DNA of 59,181 nucleotides, filler included, from Porpidia crustulata (Eukaryota): assembly GCA_964255105.1 (NCBI GenBank). It is 2 parts of 2 records of this genome, joined end to end, with 100 filler letters (N's around TTAATTAATTAA, not from the genome) between each part and the next. Parts side by side here need not be neighbours in the genome. Positions count along the whole stretch, not along the records: positions 29,886 to 59,181 come from CAXUWE010000026.1; 1 more part is not named here. One strand, written 5' to 3'. Positions 52,776 to 59,181 of this stretch are shown here, one piece after another; position 1 is the first letter of the stretch; each line of letters starts with the position of its first letter. The translations under genes and the position numbers were made by a program. The notes under the pieces were generated by a model. It had not been told where the DNA came from, made no database searches, and saw nothing but the letters and a program-made list of their open reading frames with translations.

Positions 52776-53638
52776 CGTTGGTGGGCCATGAGTATTGGGC
52801 AAGTGCGGCGTTCCCGTTCAGCTAGCAAGAGGCCGGACGAGCCGAAGGACGCATGGATGAATTAAGTCCATGGACATGTACATAGTAGCACGGGTTGGAT
52901 ATGGTAGAGTAGTTCGTGGATAGTGTTATTGGGGCTTTGCCCTGATTGGTGGACAGCCTAGATAGATGGATATTCACACTAACTGACTTTGCTCATTCAT
53001 TCAACCTTGATCTCAACGTGTCTATTATATCATGAAGCATAAGTAACCTAATCATCTAGATCTACGACGCTACGACTTGAATTTCAATTCAGACGGTTCT
53101 ATATGGTTTAAAGATAAATTCGAAATCCATGAGTGACGTTGCTCATCAAGCAATGCCCTGGTCTATGAATAACCGACCTATCCATAGAAACACCCGTCTG
53201 AGCTGTGAATGGAAGTTATCTAAGAGTTTTGTGCAATATGTGACATGTGCATCGTCCGCTGCTGATCAGGTGCCAAATGTGCGACCCAAACCCGCACATA
53301 AATCCACCTCCGTCGGAGTCCGTGTGTGGCTATACAGCGATTCTACCAACTCCGCCGCCTCCGATTCAATATTGATGGAAGAGAGTATGAAAGCATACTC
53401 GGACGGAGGAATAATTCACGCTCGGATCTCCTCATGACTACACCGTAAGCGTCTGAGTGGTGCGGAGCAACGTGAAGTGTGATCGAGAACCCTCTTTCGT
53501 GTCTGAGGAGAAGTGTCAAGTACTACTGACATCTCAAGAGATAATAATGAGCTAAGACGAAGACATGACCCTCCTGAATCAAATTTGAGTATCGATCCTT
53601 TTCTTCCTCAATATCTCCCTACAATCTTTCTCGACAGC

Positions 53639-55573
53639 ATGCCTTCCGCAACCTACATTCCTCCTACAGAGACCCAAGTCTCCAAGATCCTTTCCATCAT
53701 CTCGGCCTACCGCCACCGTTCAGTCAACGTCCCAGACCGCTTTGCCAAATTTGTTCCACAGCTCCAGAAGCAATTAGCCGATACTGTCTCCAAGAAGGAG
53801 CCTGTGAGTTTCGTCTTGCCGGCTTTTCCTTTCAAGGCACCAGCCGAGGACAATAAGAGCAAGACCCTAGGCTCGTTGCCTGATAAGGCGGAAGAAATTG
53901 CTTTGCAAACGCTCGATGGGTTTGCCGATTCCATTGCCGAAATCTACGAGGGTGGCGCCAAAGTTGTGATTGTATCGGATGCTTCCGTCTATGGAGGTAG
54001 AGAAAGCATAGTATCCCTTTTGAAAATGATCGAGTTGCCAACACTGCTGTATAGACATTCTACAAGTCTCAGACGCCGACGCTTTTGCTTACCAACACGA
54101 ATTGCGAAAGCTTGCCTCGTCCCTTGATCTCAAGCACCTCGAATTTGTACGTCCAGGTACGCTAGCCGGCATCGTTCCCAATGATGCACAGATGCTCGGG
54201 GAGTACTCTACCCAGGTACAACAAACTCGCAATCTTCTCGATGGCCCTCTTGCTCAACAAATTGAGGCAAGCGAGGATGAAAATGTGCAAGCAACGAGTA
54301 AGCACTACGATACGGCTCTTCCAAAAAATGAAGATCCAGAGGCTTTCAAGGCCGCAATGCTGAGGCGAGGAAAGGTACAAGCTTCGTATTGATAGCCAGT
54401 CATATATTTGCATGTTGCTGATACTATACACTGCTTACTCAACAGGCCTACGCCAAGCTAATTGCTTCGACATCACGATCGTCTATCCGTCTGTCCATCC
54501 ACGAGTCGAACAACGTCGGCAAAATAACTCTTGATCTCTTTCCTCCATCGACCAACCTAAGCTTTCTCACACCGTGGCATGGGGCCGTCGCGATCCTTGC
54601 GGATGCAAGCGTGCGTGTCGTCGATGCATCGACAGTAGACAAGGTCAAATTCGACGTTATAACCAATGCTCAAGGACAACCTTGGCTGCTACGTGAAAAA
54701 TCTGACCTCTTCTACTTCCCCGGCATGATACTGGACTTTGAACCGCTCTACCCATGTGGTATGCTTGTCAAGCCGAGGGAAGGCCACGATCCCTATAAGT
54801 TCGAGGATGTGGACATGCAGCGCGTGCGCCGCCTTGCCCTTTCTACTGCACCCTTACTTCTTCGAGGGTTCACCATGAAGGTGCAAAAAGAAGTCTTCCG
54901 CGCCAAAGCTGGCGAGCTGGGCGAAATTCAAATGTGGCCGTTCGGCGATATTCTCGAGGTTCGGGAGAACGCCAGCTTTAACATGAACAACGTTCTCACC
55001 AACGAAGCCATGCCTTTCCACTACGACGGCGTTTTCAAGACAATCAAGGACGAAACGACCGGCGAACCGATTTCCGTGCCGCCGCTGTTCCAAATGTTCC
55101 GTAACCGTGCCGCCGACCAGCAAGTCGGCGGCCTGACCCTCTTCTCATCATCCCGCAACCTCCTCGCTCTCCTCGGCCCAGACACTATCCCTCTCACCGA
55201 CCTGCGCAAACTCAAATGGAAAACCTTCACCGCCGTCAACGAAGCCTTCGGCGGCACTGAGCTGCTCCTACCCTTCATCGCCTCCCACCCGGAAACGGGC
55301 GCCGACACCTTTCGCTTCCACGAGCCCTGGCCCGCCAGCAAGTGCATTGGCGCCACCAGCGAACCAACCCTCATCGAGGTGCCGGGCCTGCCCGATGCCG
55401 AGAGCGTGGTGCTGTGCGACAGACTGACCGCGCTCATGTACGACCGCCGGGTGGTGCTGCGTCACCAGTGGAGCGAGGGAGATTTCATCTTCAACGACAA
55501 CGCCACGACGCACCATACGCGGACGGCGTTTGAGAGCGGTCATCGGGAACTTTGGCGCGTGCACGTTAACTAG
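53639..55573 (+). CDS. Isocyanide synthase-TauD/PvcB Fe(II)/2OG dioxygenase fusion (XanB-like architecture)
   Basis: ICS motifs VLPAFPFKAP, LGSLPDKAEE, IVSD, IRLSIH and TPWH, then TauD motifs LLLRGF, MPFHYDG (HxD), GGLTLF and HQWSEGDFIFNDN..HHTR. Introns 53997-54054 and 54375-54445. Confidence 0.92.
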
Positions 55574-56444
55574 GTGCCGGGCAATCCTGTAGCTTGATCT
55601 CTCCCGTCTTTTTATCTGTGGATATTCTCTTTGGCTTTGGACGTTCGCTTTCGCTCGGTCGAAGTAGAACGATTGAGCAATAAATCCGAGCTTGTTCCTA
55701 CGCCGTCTGGGTTCTGCTCTCTCATTGTCGTCATACCGCCTGCAAGATTGGCACTTCAAGTCTTGGAGCGAACAACAGCACGTGAAACCCGTTGGATTGA
55801 TGCTCCACTACCTTTCTTTCACTTAAGCGGTCAAATTCACTATCAAGAAATCATCTGATTTCCATTATCATTTGTTTCGTTATCGCTGCCTCACATCTAT
55901 AATACATCCACTCATCTCATTTCCTCCCCCTTCCCAAAAACCTCTGACAACTCTTTATGAAATATTCAATTCACCCCTCCTATCACGGAAACAAAATTCT
56001 CTGCATCCCCAGATCCAGAAAATAAACTCGCCAAACGCACACTAGTTTGTCCTTGGAAAACCAGACGCAGCGAACATATCCAAACAAGTGGCGAAAGTGG
56101 GAAGAAGAAAAACATCCACAATTTCGTGGAAAAATCGCAGCGAGCCCCCGAAAAAGAAGCAACATGGATAAGCGCAAAATAGGATTTCCGTGTTTCAATA
56201 ACAAAATCAAGGATAAGTAGTCAAGATGATATTCAGCGGTTTCGCTGCACAGGTGAGTCGTGAAACAAAACCACCTGTAGATACCACTCTTAAAAACACC
56301 CTCTGTATGCAGTATCAGCGACAGGTTTTTTCATAAGCTGTGTTGCCGACGAGCTGAACTGCTCGAAATCGTAACCTTCCTATCTGCATATGTACTAGGT
56401 CAATCTATCCTGCTCGACGCTGATGGTCGCATGTCCATTATTCA

Positions 56445-57473
56445 TCAGCCACGTGACCCTCCCCTGATCCCGCCTTTTCCTACCACCGCGGGTTTCCGCT
56501 GCCTGGATCTACTCACCCCGGACGAAAACGTTTGCGACGAGGTTTCGGGACGGTCATTCCACGGGGGGAACGTCTTTTGTTTTTTGTTCGCGATGCTTTC
56601 GAGGTGGCCGTGACCGTCGTGCGGGTACTCGCAGCCGGGATAGCAGCCTTCGCGGCCGCGCTTGCCAGTGGGGCTGGATTGCCCGGACTCGTCGCTGGTG
56701 TGGAGGGCAAACGGGTGTTGCTCTTCGAGCCAGGTGAAACTGCCGTCGTCGAGGCCGGTTGTTGTCACGCAGGGTCTGGCGGACGTGTTTGCGGGTGCGC
56801 TGGTGGGATCGAAGGGTAGGGCGGAGTAGAAATTAGACAGGAGCTCAGTGAACGTGCCAAGGCTGTCGATGTCGGGGTCCAAGAGGTTGTTCAGAGGAGA
56901 TGGTACTGGGCTTGTGGTTCCCACGGAGCCGGAAACGACTGAGGTGGTGGTGGTGGCAGTGGGGGATACGACTACGTTTTCTGGATCGCGAGGGAGGCTG
57001 TATTTCTGCATCTGCAGAGTCTCTGAAGGTGGCAGTGTCTGGTTGATGTCGAGAAAAGATTGCTCAGAGCTGTAAGCGCATTCTTGCATTATATTACCGG
57101 GCGTATCCGCAGGCTGGCGTTGTTGCCAGCGCTCTGCGGCCCATGCGACCCATGAGGAATCCATGTCGCGTGGAGTCAAGCCAGAGACGTTGCCTTGTTG
57201 CTTGTGATTGGTGAATGATCGGCCATTGCTGGAGTCGTCTTAGGTGGCGGAAAGCAAAGCAAAGTAACTTGTAGCGCTACTGCGGGAGCGCCGCGGTGTA
57301 CCGTCGCCGGTGTTCGCTGGCGATTGGTAGAGCGACGACGAGGCGGAGCTCGACGACGATGTGCCGACCATTGAACCAGGTTTGTTCCGTCGGCTGAGTG
57401 CTAGCCAATGAACCCATTTCGAATCCGGATCCTTTCCTCTCGGTGTATATTGTCCGCCGGTAGGATATTGCAT
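56445..57473 (-). CDS. Hypothetical low-complexity (S/T/P-rich) protein; gene structure uncertain
   Basis: A 244-codon GC-rich ORF plus an upstream 77-codon ORF, possibly joined by an intron near 57230-57280. No recognisable domain. Confidence 0.3.
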
Positions 57474-59181
57474 GGTAGTCGTGGGCCTAGAGTCTTCGGT
57501 GGAACAGGCAGCAGTACATACCCCGAAAGAGCTTTAAAGGCGTCAAATGTCGAGGGTATCACAATGGCCACCTCGTAGGGGAGAATTGCAGGTGGACTGA
57601 GCTGCATTGTGTAACGTACGATAGACGTCCCCTAAATACAGCGAGTGCAGGATTCCCAGGCGATCGAGGGGTGGTATGTGTTGCCGGAGTTGATGCAGTC
57701 GTGCGGCATGGGCGGCCAAGGATCCTAAGGGGTCGGCCAGACCAGCCACTGTGTCGCTGGAGCTGCGGAGAATTATTCTCGGGCTGCCACTATACAAGGC
57801 GTACCATGTTAGAGTTGAGAGGCAGGTCATGGTGGGCGTAACGTTTGCAAATCAATACGAGTGCGTCGTCAGGCATCAGAGTGGCTTTGCACCTCCACAT
57901 CCGTGGTTGAGCGTACGCATGCTTGATGCATCATTGCTGGCGTTATCACTGCTCGTAAAATGATCGTAAGACGACACGAGAATGTTTGCAAATATGAGTC
58001 ACATCAAGGGTAATGATTTCTGAGATGAGAGCAAACGTTGATCCATGATTTCGGATTCGAGATATGCGGATATCAAGCTAACATGGAAACAGTAATAAAT
58101 ATCCACGCATATGCACACGTTCAGCCGCAGAGAAATGCACCGATTCACCCAAAAACACTCTCCCTCACACACACACACTCACGACTCCTAGGAGTAAGTA
58201 CCGAGGTCGGTCGCTCATCTTACCAGGATAAGTTTAGTAAAACCAGTGTGGTCAATGAGCGGGTGCAGCGCCGTGAGAGCGTGCTAAATCAGCGTCCTTC
58301 CGGCGGGAATGCGGATGACGTTCGTAGGTTATTACTTTCCCCCATCACAGCTTCTCCCGTTATCCTACAGATATTAAGTAATTGTACCACGCCCCACGGC
58401 ACCATATACGCCTCCACCCTGACAGACAGATGCTAGGTAGTCACCTACACGACGTTCCTAGTACAAAATGAATGGATATCACAACAGCAGGCCCCTTCTA
58501 TCTCGCCAAGCCGGAGGATTTGACTTGACTAGCGAGCGGCACTGCCTAGTATTCTACCTGCAGAGGACCAAGGACTGCTGAAGCTTGGCGAACTGGTGAT
58601 GAAAGTCTCTCAGACATTGAAGTTGAGTGATGAGTGAGCTGACTGTGCTGACTGTGACGCCGGAGCAGGCAGGCCGGACAATGCGAGACATGGAGTCAGA
58701 GTCAAGCCGACCGAGTTCCAGGGTCTCCTGACAAGGTTCCGGAGCGATCATATTAATAATAGCTTTGAATGATGGGACTGGACTCAATCGAAATCGTTCG
58801 ATACTGTCGTCGACCGCCATCCAGGTTTCCATGCTGATTTTCACATGGCAGGGGGGATTTATGTACGTTGCGCAACGTGTCGGGTTTCACCAAAACCAAA
58901 TTCCACGTGGAACCGGGACAGGGACCAACGTTCTACGCAGTCCTCAATTGGCCAATGAGCTGGATTTGACTGATAAAACCCAAAGACAAACTTGAGCCAC
59001 GTTTGATCCGTATTTAGCCCATATCCAGCCCCATTCAAACATGCATCCCAACGGAAATATGCGATACCGATGTCGACATGCCTACGTTGGCCTCGAGCAA
59101 CTTGGCCTCAATTGAACTATTATATAATATCTGAAAGGCAAAATTGCTATCTAGACCCCTGAAAACAGGGCTGCATTAAGG

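Noticed and set aside
58038..58995. ORFs of 76-132 aa and a short CA microsatellite at the window end
   Set aside because: No domain, codon bias or splice support is visible.

Overview
Intron-rich filamentous-ascomycete (Pezizomycotina-type) genomic DNA. It comprises two contigs joined by an artificial N44-TTAATTAATTAA-N44 spacer at 29786-29885. The left contig holds mostly housekeeping genes: DBP2, TAD2, ATR/MEC1, pterin-carbinolamine dehydratase, ERG25, NCA2, SEC4/Rab8, a hypothetical gene, AFG2, an RNPS1-like gene and a secreted CAP protein. It ends in a TpA-rich repeat remnant. The right contig starts with calpain, CDC28/Cdk1 and an AlkB-type dioxygenase, followed by an ~18 kb secondary-metabolite cluster (37434-55573) with no PKS, NRPS or terpene core gene. 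The cluster encodes two isocyanide synthases (one with only a stub of a TauD domain, one a full ICS-TauD fusion), a MalA-type Zn-binding flavin-dependent halogenase, a DJ-1/PfpI isocyanide-hydratase-like protein, a DHA2 MFS transporter and two Zn2Cys6 regulators. This predicts a halogenated isocyanide pathway and is the main discovery candidate. Exon boundaries were read by eye, and all homology calls come from motif recognition, not database searches.
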